Part shown: piece after piece, positions 9,834-20,144 of the stretch
Layout: each line of letters begins with the position of its first letter
How positions within the stretch are numbered: position 1 is the stretch's first letter
Source of the DNA: an uncultured Gemmatimonadales bacterium
Lineage (GTDB): Bacteria > Gemmatimonadota > Gemmatimonadetes > Gemmatimonadales > GWC2-71-9
NCBI GenBank assembly: GCA_963739455.1
Contig: CAVUAK010000001.1
Span: 512,001 to 576,000, forward strand
DNA: 64,000 nt
Direction of reading: 5' to 3'
Made by a program: the position numbers and the translations under genes
The notes under the pieces: model-generated
What the model saw: only the letters and a program-made list of their open reading frames with translations
What the model was told of the DNA's origin: nothing
Databases searched by the model: none

Positions 9834-11212
9834 GCCTTCGCCTCCGCCACCTGCTCCTCGTACCGGGCCAGCTTCCGGTACAGCGTCGACGGATCGATGC
9901 CGAGCACCTCGGCGGCGCGGGTCTTGTTGCCGCCCTCGGCCTGCAGCACCCACATGATGTAGGCCCGCTCGATCACCTCGAGCGTCGGGTTCTTGTAGGA
10001 GCGCTCGCTCACCAGCGGCTCCTTCCGGCGCCGCGTGATGCGCTCCGGCAGGAACGCCGGCTCGATCAGTGTCGACCGGCAGAGCACGCCGGCATGCTCG
10101 AGCGCGTTCTCCAGTTCGCGCACGTTGCCCGGCCACTCGTACACCATCACGGCGTCGAGCGATTCCTGGCTGAGGGCCTTGACCTCGCCGCCGCTTTCCT
10201 GCGCCAGCACCGCGAGGAACTGCTCGATCAGGAGCAGCAGGTCGTCGCGCCGCTCGCGCAGCGGCGGCAGGTGCAGCGCGATCACGTTGAGGCGGTAGAA
10301 GAGGTCGGACCGGAAGTTGCCCCGGCGCATCTCCTCCTCGAGGTCGCGGTTGGTCGCGGCGATGATGCGCACGTCCACCGGGATCGCCTCGGTGGCGCCG
10401 ACCGGGATCACTTCCCGCTCCTGCAGCACGCGCAGCAGCTTCACCTGCAGCGAGGCCGGCATCTCACCCACTTCGTCGAGGAAGAAGGTGCCGGTGCGCG
10501 CCGCCGCGAAGAGGCCCTGCTTGTCGCGCACCGCGCCGGTGAAGCTGCCCTTCACGTGGCCGAAGAGCTCGCTCTCGAGCAGGCTCTCGGGCAGTGCACC
10601 GCAGTTGATCGACAGGAACGGGCCCTCACTCCGCGCCGACAGCTCGTGGATGTAGTGCGCCACGACTTCCTTGCCGGTGCCGCTCTCGCCCTGGATCAGC
10701 ACCGTGGAATCGGTGGGGGCCACGTGTTCGGCGAGCTTGAGCATCTCGAGGAAGCGCTTCGACTTGCCGATGGGCCGCGACACGCCGCCCCGCTCCCGGC
10801 GGCGGATTTCCTGCCGCAGCTGCTTGTTCTCCACGCGGATCGCGCGGAATTCGCAGGCCCGCCGCAGGATGGCCACCAGTTCGTCGTTGGAGAACGGCTT
10901 CTGGATGTAGTAGAAGGCGCCGCTGTTCACCGCCTGGATGGCGCTCTGCAGTGATGCCTGCGCGGTCATGAGGATGACGGGCGTCATCGCGTCCTGCTCG
11001 CGGGCTGCCGTCAGGATGTCGATGCCGGACACCTGGGGCATCCGCACGTCGGTGAGCACGATGTCGTGCGCCCCGTTCCGGATCTGTTCCAGCCCTGCCT
11101 TGCCGCCCTGGGCGGTCGTGACCTCAAATCCCTCATTGCGGAGCAGGATCCGCAGCGTGTCGAGGATGCCCGACTCGTCGTCGATGACGAGCACGGTTGG
11201 TTTCTGGCTCAT
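9830..11212 (-). CDS. Sigma-54-dependent response regulator (NtrC/PilR family)
   Basis: Receiver domain (IDDE, DVRMP), AAA+ GESGTGKE, GSFTGA, WPGNVRELEN, Fis-type HTH. Confidence 0.95.
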   Translation of the reverse strand: MSQKPTVLVIDDESGILDTLRILLRNEGFEVTTAQGGKAGLEQIRNGAHDIVLTDVRMPQVSGIDILTAAREQDAMTPVILMTAQASLQSAIQAVNSGAFYYIQKPFSNDELVAILRRACEFRAIRVENKQLRQEIRRRERGGVSRPIGKSKRFLEMLKLAEHVAPTDSTVLIQGESGTGKEVVAHYIHELSARSEGPFLSINCGALPESLLESELFGHVKGSFTGAVRDKQGLFAAARTGTFFLDEVGEMPASLQVKLLRVLQEREVIPVGATEAIPVDVRIIAATNRDLEEEMRRGNFRSDLFYRLNVIALHLPPLRERRDDLLLLIEQFLAVLAQESGGEVKALSQESLDAVMVYEWPGNVRELENALEHAGVLCRSTLIEPAFLPERITRRRKEPLVSERSYKNPTLEVIERAYIMWVLQAEGGNKTRAAEVLGIDPSTLYRKLARYEEQVAEAKA

Positions 11213-12904
11213 GCGACTCCCTCCGCCATGGCGTGGGCGGGAAGCAGGATGGTAAAGGTGGTGCCGGCGCGCAGCCTGGTCTCGACGTACACGAGCCCCC
11301 GATGCGCCTCGACCGCGCGCTGTACGATGGCGAGGCCCAGTCCACTGCCCCCGGGCCGTCCCGACACGAACGGCTGGAACAGGCGTTCCTTGATCTCGTC
11401 CGGGATACCCGGGCCGTCGTCAACGACCTGCAGCCGCGCGGCGTCCTCGAAATCGGCGCCATGCGGAAGTTCATTCGCCGGCAGCATGCCGACCCGCACC
11501 GTGACTCGCACCGGCTGGCCCCGCGCGGCCTGCACGGCGTTGAGCAGGAGGTTGGCGACCACGCGGTGCAGCAGGTCCGCATCGCCCTGGAGGATTGTCT
11601 CCTCTCCCTCCACAATCACCGCGGCTTGCGGCCCGCAGTCGGGGTGGACCTGCACCACCCGGGCGGCATCCTTCGCTACCGCCAGGAGGTCGACAGGTTC
11701 CGACTTTGTGGCACGGACACGGGCAAAGTCGAGGAACTCGCTCAGTAGCCGGGTCAGGCGGTCGCTTTCACGGACGATGAGGCCGGAAAGTACCTGGTCG
11801 TCCTCGCTCGCGTGCCTGCCCCGGGCGAGCTGCTCACACGCGCTGCGAATGGATGCCAGCGGGTTCCTGATCTCGTGCGCGAGCGATGCGGACAATGCCG
11901 CCACCGCCTCGAGCCGCTCTGCGCGGCGATGCAGCTCCTGCAACTGCTTCAGCTCCGAGATGTCGGTGAAGATTGCCGTGACCGACGGCACCTCGCGATC
12001 CTCCGGCTGGAAGGTGGTGGTGGAGAGACCGATCGGGAAACAGGCGCCCATTCGCCCGCACCATCCCCTCCCCGCGACTCACCTTGCGGCCATGCCGGAT
12101 GCCCGCAACGATGGCAGCGCCCAGGTCCTTCGACTGCGTATGAAGCTTGTCGAGGATGGGCCGGCCGAGCAATCGGTCGCCGTTGATGCCAAGGAGCCGC
12201 TCCGCCGTCGGGTTGATGAAGGCCAGGCGCCCCTCGGCGTCCACCGTGATCACGCCCGACCGGATGTTCTGCAGGATCTCGTCGGCCTCGAGCCGGACGC
12301 GCCGGAGTTCGTAGGCCAGCGTGTGCTGCTGCGCATCCGACGCCCGGAGCCTGTGACCCAGCACCGCGACGATGGCGAACACCACGTTGAAGAGCACGAC
12401 CTGCACCCAGAATGCGGCGTCGGGACCGGTCGAGCCGCCCCACAATGCGTCGGACACGTACAGCACCGTGGCGCACACGGTGACCAGGACGCCCAGCTGC
12501 GGCGGGAGCAGCACCGCGTACCCGGCGATGACCAGCACGTATAGCGACGCGAAAATCGCGGGCGCGCTCGCGTAGTGAACCAGGGTGGTGACGAGCCCCA
12601 GGTCTGCCAGCGCCTGGCCCACCAGGAAGAGGCTGCCGATCTCGCCGCCCCGGATCCGGACCCGCCACCAGCCATACGCCGTGGCCACGAGAGTGACCAG
12701 CACGGCAATGCTGAAGATGAACGAGACGTCGGGAGTCCGGGTCCAGACAAGCGCGGCGGCGAGCAGGGTGCCGACCGCCAGCATGGTTCGCGCGGCAAAG
12801 AGCCAGGAGAGCAGCGCGCGCTGCCGGGGCAACGAACTGGTATCCGCGCCGGAAACGGCCGGAGCTGCAGGCATTGGCCGCTCGAGGGTCGGTGCTTCGG
12901 GCAT
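11209..12904 (-). CDS. PilS-like membrane sensor histidine kinase with PAS domain (apparent frameshift near 12050)
   Basis: About six N-terminal TMs plus PAS in ORF 11834..12970; AHEIRNPL, NAVQA, DDGPG and GSGLGL in ORF 11209..12051. Confidence 0.85.
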
Positions 12905-12941
12905 CACCCTGAACGATAGCCGCTTCGCTAGATTGCGCGCC

Positions 12942-13334
12942 ATGCTGGATCGACCCAATCCCCTGCTCATGAGCGTGCGCGCACTGCGGAAGCGGTGTCC
13001 TCACTGCGGTGGCCGCAACCTCTACGAAGGATGGTTCAAGGCGCGGCACAACTGCCCGACCTGCGGCTTGCGGCTTGAGCGTGGCGAGGAAGGCTATGTG
13101 GTGGGGAGCTACATGTTCAACCTGGTGGGCGCCGAGCTGGTGTTCATGTCGTGCTTCCTGCTGGCCGTGCTGCTGACGTGGCCCACCCCGCCGTGGGACG
13201 TGCTGCGCTGGACGGGCGGGTTGTTCATGATCACGGCACCCTTGCTCTTCTATCCCTTCGCCAAGCTGCTCTTTCTCGCGTTTGACCTGAGCTTCCGGCC
13301 CGCCCGCCCGGAGGACTTCATCACGGCACCATAG
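12942..13334 (+). CDS. DUF983 family protein (zinc ribbon plus two TMs)
   Basis: RCPHCG..CPTCGLRLERGEEGY followed by two hydrophobic helices. Confidence 0.8.
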   Translation: MLDRPNPLLMSVRALRKRCPHCGGRNLYEGWFKARHNCPTCGLRLERGEEGYVVGSYMFNLVGAELVFMSCFLLAVLLTWPTPPWDVLRWTGGLFMITAPLLFYPFAKLLFLAFDLSFRPARPEDFITAP

Positions 13335-13340
13335 CCGCCG

Positions 13341-15636
13341 CTATGGAATGGCCGTCAGTTCGCGCGGCCAGTCGTAGAGCACCTGGTACAGGTTCCTGTT
13401 CCGCTGCACGATGCGCACGTAGTCCCGCGTCTCGACGAACGGAATTCGCTCGGTCAGCAATTCGGGATCCTCGGCGCCGCCCCGCGTCTTCCAGCGCACC
13501 ACGCGGTGCGCACCGGCGTTGTACGCCGCAAGCACTTCGACGACACTGCCCTGGTTCTCCAGCAGCGCGCGCAGGTGTACCGAGCCAATCTCGAGGTTCG
13601 CGTCCGCCTGGTAGAGCAGCACGGCGTCCCACTCCGGATAGCCGAGGTCCCGCGCGACTCGCTTGCCCACTTCAGGCATCACCTGCATCAATCCTCGCGC
13701 CCCGGCCGCCGAGGTGGCGGCTGGATCGAAGAGGGATTCCTGGCGCGTGAGCGCTGCTACCAGCGAGGCGTCGACCCCGGCGCGCGTCGCTTCCCCCCGG
13801 AGTGCAGCAGGAAATCCCAGCGGGTAGAGGAGCCGGTAGAGTCGCGCGTCGCGCGGGGCACCGGCATTCTGCGCCTTCCGCGCAAGGGAGATTGCCTGGC
13901 TCGGCAGCCCGTGACGGCGCATGAGGTCCGCGCCAGCCATGAGCCGCTCGGACGACGTGCCGGCGGCGCGCGCGACCCGCGCCCGCTCCAGTGCCGCCTC
14001 GTCCTCGAGCATGAGATGGTCGAGGAGCGCGGCGCGCCGTACCAGGCTGTCCAGGTCGGGCACCACCGCAAAGGTGTCGGGCGATGCCGCCGGCGCCCAC
14101 GGCGGTATGCCAAGACGCCGCGCCGCGACATCGGCGTAGTAGGACATCGAGTCGCGCGCGATCACCTCCTGCCAACGCGCAGTGGAACGCGCCGTGTCGC
14201 CCATCCCCGCCCACGCGCGCCCCGCCCAGTAGAGTGCCGGAAGCGCCTCGGGGCTTGTCCGCTGGTGCTGGTCGAAGGCGTCGAACTCCTTCGCGGCCAC
14301 CTCGTACATGCTGTCGGCGTAGGCGATGATGGCCGCGCGGAACGCCGCCGCCCCGGCCTGCCGGCTGCCCGGGTGCTGCCGGACAATCTGGAGAAAGGTG
14401 CTCCGCGCTGCGCGGTCGTCGCGATCATCGGTGGAAAGATCCGCGAGGAGATACAGTGCCTGCGCCGCGCTCGAATCGGAAGGCCATCTCTTCGCGACCA
14501 GGCGAAGTTGCGTGACGCCCTCCGAAGAGCGCCCGTCGCGCACCATCGATCGACCGATGCGATAGCCGGCCGCAGCGGCCAGCGACTTCGGCTGCGTGAC
14601 CCGCCGGTACTGTGCAATCGCCTCCTTGTACCGACCCTGCCGGAAGAGCACGTCGCCCCAGGCGAGACGATCCTCGGTGCTGCCAACCGACGCCCCGAAC
14701 GCCGCCGCATAGGCATCCGAGGCGCGGCCGAGTGGTCCCGAACGCGCCGCACTCCGGGCGAGGACCAGCTGCTGGCTGGCGGTCAGGGGCAGGCGCATGC
14801 TGTCGAGCAGCTGCACCGCACCGCGGGCCGGGGCCGTTCCGCTTCGGTCCGCAATGAAGGTCACCAGTTCCGTGCCGAGTGCCCGTCGCTGGGCGCTGTC
14901 GGCGACGGCGACGCGCAGCCGGAATGCCGACAGCGGGGCACGCAGCGGCTGTGTAGGCGCCGATGGCACCCAGCGTGTCGCCGGACCGCACCCGGGCGAG
15001 TGCCAGGGCGAGCGGCACCTGGCCTCGCACCACCGTGTCGGCGATCGCGGCCGCCAGCATCGCGCGATGCGCGGAATCCGTCGCCGTGCCGACGGCCCGG
15101 AGGTAAAGCCAGTCGCGCACCAGTGGCAGCAGGTCGGCCGCCGCGTGGTACCCGGCGCTGGCGCTGTCGTAGTTCCCGATGCCCTCGAGCGCCTGGCCCA
15201 GCAACACGAGTCGCTCACCCCGCGCGACCGGATCGGCCGCCTGTCGCACTGCCGCGCGGGCCTCCACCGCAGCATTGCTGTCGCGACCAAGGCCCAGCGC
15301 CGCGCGGGCCAGCAGCTCGCGACCTTCGCCACCAAATGCGGTGTCGATCCAGGTGGCGCTGCGCAGCAGCTGGTCCGTCTCACGCCAGCCGTGCCAGCCG
15401 GCGGCCGCTGTGGCGGCGACCAGCTCGACCTCAGGCGTGCGCAGGAGTGAATCGCGCATGACCGGCGCCAGCAGGCGGGTCGCGCGCCACGGACGACCAT
15501 CGGCGATCGCCTCGCGCGCCATGGCCAGCACGGAATCGCGCAGCACCACGCGCGCCGGCGCGGGGCGCATCGGCGGCACCGCCGTCGAGGGCACGAGGGC
15601 AAGGAGCAGGGCAAGCCCTGCCGAAGCGGTCTTCAT
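13341..15636 (-). CDS. Slt70-like soluble lytic transglycosylase with TPR region (apparent frameshift near 14945)
   Basis: RQES, GARGLMQVMP, AAYNAG and ETRDYV motifs; signal peptide and helical repeats start in ORF 14425..15636. Confidence 0.88.
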
Positions 15637-15693
15637 GGCTGAAGGCTGTACCGGGATCAGGTCCCGCGCAATCGGGCTTGACCGAGGGTGGAA

Positions 15694-15720
15694 GGATCCG
15701 TCACGGGCCGGCAGGCGTTA
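15694..15720 (+). promoter_or_regulatory. Candidate SigK-type ECF promoter
   Basis: GGATCC-N16-CGTTA about 50 nt upstream of the DM13-sigma-antisigma operon. Confidence 0.4.
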
Positions 15721-15769
15721 GCCCTGTACGGGTGCACTCGGCGCCCGGTCACTCCACGGGAGCCACACA

Positions 15770-16339
15770 ATGCACTGTACCAGTAGCCGGGCGATGCTCA
15801 TCGCCTTCACCCTCGCCACGGGGTCGGCAGCACCCTCGATGGCGCAGTCGATGTCGAACGACAAGGCGATGACCAGCGACAAGATGATGGCGACGGCCAT
15901 GAAGGGAAGTTTTTCGGGGGCGATGAACCACTCGGTGAGCGGCTCCTACGCCCTGACCGGCAGTGGCAAGGAACGCAAGCTCGAGTTCGGGAATGACTTC
16001 AGGATGGACAAGGCCGCCGATGTGTATGTTATGCTGGGCAAGGGCATGACGAAGGACCAGGGGTCACTCGAGCTGGGCAAGCTCAAGAAGACGGACGGTG
16101 CACAGAGCTACGACATCCCCGAGTCCGCCAACCTCGCCAGCTACTCCAGCGTGATTCTCTGGAGCAAGAAGGACAAGGCAGTAGTCGGTGAGGCGACGAT
16201 GGGGGGACATGGCGCGATGGGATCGATGGAACACGGCAGCATGGACAAGGGCGCGATGATGGACAAGCCCGCCATGGCGAAGGACACCAGCATGATGAAG
16301 TCGATGGCGAAGGATTCCGGGATGATGAAAAAGCCCTGA
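15770..16339 (+). CDS. Exported DM13-domain protein with Met-rich MxKD-like repeats
   Basis: Signal peptide; DM13-like core (GSFSG..H.VSG, DVYVML, LGKLK, GAQSYDIP, VILWS); Met-rich segments at both ends. Confidence 0.78.
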   Translation: MHCTSSRAMLIAFTLATGSAAPSMAQSMSNDKAMTSDKMMATAMKGSFSGAMNHSVSGSYALTGSGKERKLEFGNDFRMDKAADVYVMLGKGMTKDQGSLELGKLKKTDGAQSYDIPESANLASYSSVILWSKKDKAVVGEATMGGHGAMGSMEHGSMDKGAMMDKPAMAKDTSMMKSMAKDSGMMKKP

Positions 16340-16953
16340 TGGTTGCAGCCAGTGAGTCCCCCGCGCCGAGGGGCCCGCTCACCCTCGAGCGGGCCTCCGC
16401 GCTGCGGGAACGCCTGGTGGCGCGCGACGAGCGGGCGCTCGAGGAACTCATCGTGCTCGCGACGCCGTGGCTCCTGGGCGTCGCGCAGGGCATGCTGAGC
16501 GACGCCGACGAAGCGGAGGACGTCGTGCTTGACGCCTTCCGCATCCTGTGGGATCGCGTGGACACGCTCTCTGGCGACCAGCCCGGCCTCATGCCGTGGC
16601 TGCTCCGCATCGTGCGCAACCGGGCCATTGACCGGCTGCGCGCGCGACGCCGTCATGGCCTCCGCATCGAGCGCGCACAGCGGAGCGGCGTGCTCGGCGA
16701 TGAGTATGACCAGCCCGTCACGCCCAATGAGGCGGCGCATCCCGGCTGGCATGTGCACGAGTCGGTGCACGCGGCACTCCGCGACCTTCCCGAAGACCAG
16801 CGGAACACCGTCCAGCTGGCCTATTTCAGCGGGCTGACGCACTCCGAGATCGCGGCACAACTCGGGATCCCGATGGGCACGGTGAAGACGAGGCTGCGGC
16901 TGGCCTACGGCCGTCTCCGGCAGGCACTCGCTCCGCTCAAGGATTGGGTATGA
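16339..16953 (+). CDS. ECF sigma-70 factor (SigK-like)
   Basis: AEDVV, WLLRIVRNRAID region 2; LAYFSGLTHSEIAAQLGIPMGTVKTRLR region 4. Confidence 0.9.
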   Translation: MVAASESPAPRGPLTLERASALRERLVARDERALEELIVLATPWLLGVAQGMLSDADEAEDVVLDAFRILWDRVDTLSGDQPGLMPWLLRIVRNRAIDRLRARRRHGLRIERAQRSGVLGDEYDQPVTPNEAAHPGWHVHESVHAALRDLPEDQRNTVQLAYFSGLTHSEIAAQLGIPMGTVKTRLRLAYGRLRQALAPLKDWV

Positions 16954-17681
16954 CGCAACAGCACGCGTGGTTCGTCGAGCATGTAGAGGCGTTCGCGCTG
17001 CGGCACCTCGAGCCCGATGAGGAGCGCAGCTTCCGCGATCACCTCGAGCGCTGCGCCGAGTGCCGGAAGGAGCTTGACCGCGTAGAGCATGAGCTCGCCT
17101 GGCTCCCGATGGGCGTGATGCCGGTGACACTCCGGCCCGGCCTGGTGCGCAAGTTGAGCCGCGGCGTCCTCGGCGAGCGGGAACCAGTGTGGCGGCGTGC
17201 CGTGCCCTGGGCGCTCGCCGCCTCAGTCGCCCTTACGGCCGGCATGATGACGCTCCAGGCGCGTGCCGACGCGCGCGACGCCGGCGCAAGGCTCGCGGCG
17301 GCCTCGGAGGAACTCGATGCCGCGCGTGATACGCTGTCGGTGCTCCGGAACACGCGGAAGGTGATGCACGCTTCCGTGCAGATGGACGGCCAGCAAGGCG
17401 GCATCACCATCCTTGCCGATCCGGTGTCACATCGCTGGAACGTGGTGGTCCACGACCTGCCGAAGCTGCCGCAGGGCGAGCACTACCAGTTCTGGTTCAT
17501 CACCGACGATGGCATGGTCCGGGGCACCGAGTTCGACACGAGCCTGGAGCACCCGGCCGTGATGACGATGGGCATGCCCAAGGAGGGAGGCAACGTGCTC
17601 GGCGCCGCCCTGACGGTGGAACCGGCGGGCGCCAGCAGTGGACCGCCCCAGGGTCAGGTGCTCGCGCACCTCATGCTCTAG
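16950..17681 (+). CDS. Anti-sigma factor, zf-HC2 plus RskA-like domain
   Basis: HLERCAEC (HxxxCxxC), one TM, YQFW and ALTVEPAG..GP RskA motifs; ATGA overlap. Confidence 0.85.
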   Translation: MTQQHAWFVEHVEAFALRHLEPDEERSFRDHLERCAECRKELDRVEHELAWLPMGVMPVTLRPGLVRKLSRGVLGEREPVWRRAVPWALAASVALTAGMMTLQARADARDAGARLAAASEELDAARDTLSVLRNTRKVMHASVQMDGQQGGITILADPVSHRWNVVVHDLPKLPQGEHYQFWFITDDGMVRGTEFDTSLEHPAVMTMGMPKEGGNVLGAALTVEPAGASSGPPQGQVLAHLML

Positions 17682-18560
17682 TCACTCCCCGGTCGGCATC
17701 GAGACGAGCCCCGCCGTCACCGCCAGGATGATTACCGCAATGAAGAGCTCGAGCGCCGCCGCCCGGATGAGTCGACGACTCGACCCTCGCGTACCAAGCG
17801 TCGGCTTCACCACCCGCCAGTTGTAGGCGCCCACGGCCAGCAGCACCACCAGCAGTCCCATCTTGAGCAGCAGGCGCTGGCCGTACGCCGTCTCCCACAG
17901 CGCGCGGAGGCTACCCACCAGGCCCAGCGCCTCGGCTGCGCCGGAGATCACCAGCACCGTGGAACACGCGAGTGCCATCGGGGAGAATTTCTCAACGAGC
18001 CGCGCCAGGCGAACGTGTCGCCGTCCGGAGCGCTCGGGGGGGTCCGAGCGATGCCAGGTGAAGAGCGCCACGCCGAGCGTACCTAGCCACAGGCCGCCGG
18101 CAAATGCATGCGCACCGTGAAGAGCGACGCCGAGCACTGGTCCGCTTGCGCCGTCCATGGCGTGGCCGGTGAGCGGGAGCGTTCCCGCCACCAGCAACGC
18201 CCCGGCCACCGCGATTCCCGGCGGACCCTGTGACATCAACGCGGCAAGAAGGGCGCTTCCGACCTGGCACCACCAGCCCCTTCCCCATGCCGTCGAGAGC
18301 ACGGCCCGCACCGCCTCCATGCTGAGGAACTCGCCGGGGTCGAGAAACGTCTCCGCCTGGGCCAGCAGCCGAAACGCTGCAGCGACCACAAGGGCTACTG
18401 CAGCGCTGAGGGCAATCCGTCGTGCCAGGGCGTCCGCTTCCGGCCAGGCGCCCACCCCGTGGTCCGATGCTTCCAGCCGCATGAAGAGCGTACGCGCGCC
18501 GGCAGCGCCGGTCAGGGCGAAAACCGCGAGGAAGGTGAGCCAGTTGGCCGTGAAGGTCAC
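17682..18560 (-). CDS. copD: Copper resistance/uptake membrane protein CopD
   Basis: About eight TMs; LTGHA, H..AGGLWLG, FSPMA and TAYGQRLLLK motifs; follows copC. Confidence 0.85.
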   Translation of the reverse strand: MTFTANWLTFLAVFALTGAAGARTLFMRLEASDHGVGAWPEADALARRIALSAAVALVVAAAFRLLAQAETFLDPGEFLSMEAVRAVLSTAWGRGWWCQVGSALLAALMSQGPPGIAVAGALLVAGTLPLTGHAMDGASGPVLGVALHGAHAFAGGLWLGTLGVALFTWHRSDPPERSGRRHVRLARLVEKFSPMALACSTVLVISGAAEALGLVGSLRALWETAYGQRLLLKMGLLVVLLAVGAYNWRVVKPTLGTRGSSRRLIRAAALELFIAVIILAVTAGLVSMPTGE

Positions 18561-18943
18561 GACCCTAGAGTAAACCCGAAGCTCCCCCTGATCACGTGAC
18601 CATCGGCTCCGGCCGTCTTCCAGGTGACGGTGTACTTGCCCGGCGCGAGCGGCGCCGTCACGGGCACTGCGATGGACGTCTTGTCGTCGGTGGCACGCAC
18701 CTCGCCCGTCGGGATCAGGGTTGCCGCCGCGTCGGAGAGCTTGATCGAGCTCACGGCGAGCTCGGGTGGCTCCTTGAACCAGAGGCGAACCTGCGCCGGC
18801 GACTTCGTGATTGTGGAGTCGGTGCCCGGCTCCGCCTTCACCAGGCGGTTGTGTCGCGCGACGGGAGCGGCAGCCGTGCCGAAAAGCAGCAGCGTCGGCA
18901 GCAACGTCGCGGCGCTGAAGCGCCTGGCGTGAATCGATCTCAT
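18557..18943 (-). CDS. copC: Periplasmic copper-binding protein CopC
   Basis: HNRLVKAEP, L.F.E and YTVTW...ADGHVIRGSFGF motifs. Confidence 0.9.
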   Translation of the reverse strand: MRSIHARRFSAATLLPTLLLFGTAAAPVARHNRLVKAEPGTDSTITKSPAQVRLWFKEPPELAVSSIKLSDAAATLIPTGEVRATDDKTSIAVPVTAPLAPGKYTVTWKTAGADGHVIRGSFGFTLGS

Positions 18944-18989
18944 CCTTCGGCTACCTCCATGGGTGAGTGCTGCGCACAGTCCTTCTTGC

Positions 18990-20144
18990 TCACGGTCCTC
19001 CCGGGCCGCCCGGCGGCCAGGGGTTCGAGAATCGCGGGTCGGTCAGAAACCCCGCATCGGTCAGGCTATGCAGGAAGGCGAGCACGTCTTCCCGCTCGCC
19101 CGGGGTCAGGGTGAAGCCCGAGACCAGGCCGCTCTTGAACGGACTCTGGCTGCCGTTCCCGGCGAACGGCCCCGACTCGATGGTGCGCCCACCCGCCGCA
19201 TAGTGGTCGATGACCTCATCGAGGGTCGCAATGCTTCCGTCGTGCATGTAGGGACCCGTGACCGCGATGTTGCGCAGCGTCGGTGCCTTGAAGCGACCCA
19301 TGTCCTCTGGCTTCAGCGTAAACGTGAAGACTCCCCGGTTGTTGTCGGGGTATGCGCCGGTGCCACCGATGTTGTACAGCCCGTTGTTGAAGAACTCCTG
19401 GTCCCGGAACTCCTTCCCGACGTACTGCACCGAGCCCGAGAGGTTGAAGCTGCTGTGGCAGTGATGGCACTCGAGGCGCTCACTGAAGAAGAGCGCCTCC
19501 CCGCGGACCGCCGACTCGGAAATGGCGCCGCGGTCGCCCGCCAGGTAACGGTCATACGGTGCGTTGCCTGAGATGATCGTGCGCTGGAATGTCGCGAGGG
19601 CCTTGGCGATCGCGTCGATGCTGATCGGATCGCCGGCCTCGGGAAACGCGGCCGGGAACAGCTGCTGGTACGTGCGGTCAGCACGGAACCGTGCGAGCAG
19701 TGCTTCCTCCTCGCCCGACAACCCGAGTTCCACCGGGTTGTCCCCGAACATCGGGATGAGTGCCTGCTGCTCATGGCTTCGCGTCGTCGGGTTGGCCCAG
19801 TTGAGTGAACTGGGATAGGCGACATTCGCAAGGGTCATGCTGTTGCGGGGGTGCGCCTGGCCGGTTGCGCCGACCGCAACGGGGAGCCCATCCGTGAAGG
19901 CACGCGACTGCTGGTGACACGACGCACAAGCGAACTCCTGCGTAATCGACATGCGCTTGTCATAGAACAGGTGCCGCCCCAGGTCCACCTTTGCGTTGGA
20001 CATGGGGTTCGAGTCGGGCACCAGCGGCACCGGAAATCGCGCCGGGAGCCGCCAGGCAAAGCTATCGCCTGACGGCCCGGTGCCGTCACCGCCACCGCAG
20101 CCCGTGAGGGCCGCGGCAGCGAGGATGCCAGTCCAGTACTTCAC
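18990..20144 (-). CDS. mbnH: MbnH-family di-heme enzyme (MauG/CcP superfamily), lipoprotein
   Basis: Two CxxCH (CASCH, CHHCH), LGRHLFYD, FKAPTLRNIAVTGPYMHDG; lipobox LTGC; adjacent to mbnP. Confidence 0.85.
   Translation of the reverse strand: MKYWTGILAAAALTGCGGGDGTGPSGDSFAWRLPARFPVPLVPDSNPMSNAKVDLGRHLFYDKRMSITQEFACASCHQQSRAFTDGLPVAVGATGQAHPRNSMTLANVAYPSSLNWANPTTRSHEQQALIPMFGDNPVELGLSGEEEALLARFRADRTYQQLFPAAFPEAGDPISIDAIAKALATFQRTIISGNAPYDRYLAGDRGAISESAVRGEALFFSERLECHHCHSSFNLSGSVQYVGKEFRDQEFFNNGLYNIGGTGAYPDNNRGVFTFTLKPEDMGRFKAPTLRNIAVTGPYMHDGSIATLDEVIDHYAAGGRTIESGPFAGNGSQSPFKSGLVSGFTLTPGEREDVLAFLHSLTDAGFLTDPRFSNPWPPGGPGGP

Noticed and set aside
13506..15461. Long antisense or alternate-frame ORFs (also 11066..12544, 46902..48458, 49494..51041, 59504..61243)
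   Set aside because: Shadow ORFs expected in high-GC DNA; no recognisable motifs and each overlaps a well-supported gene
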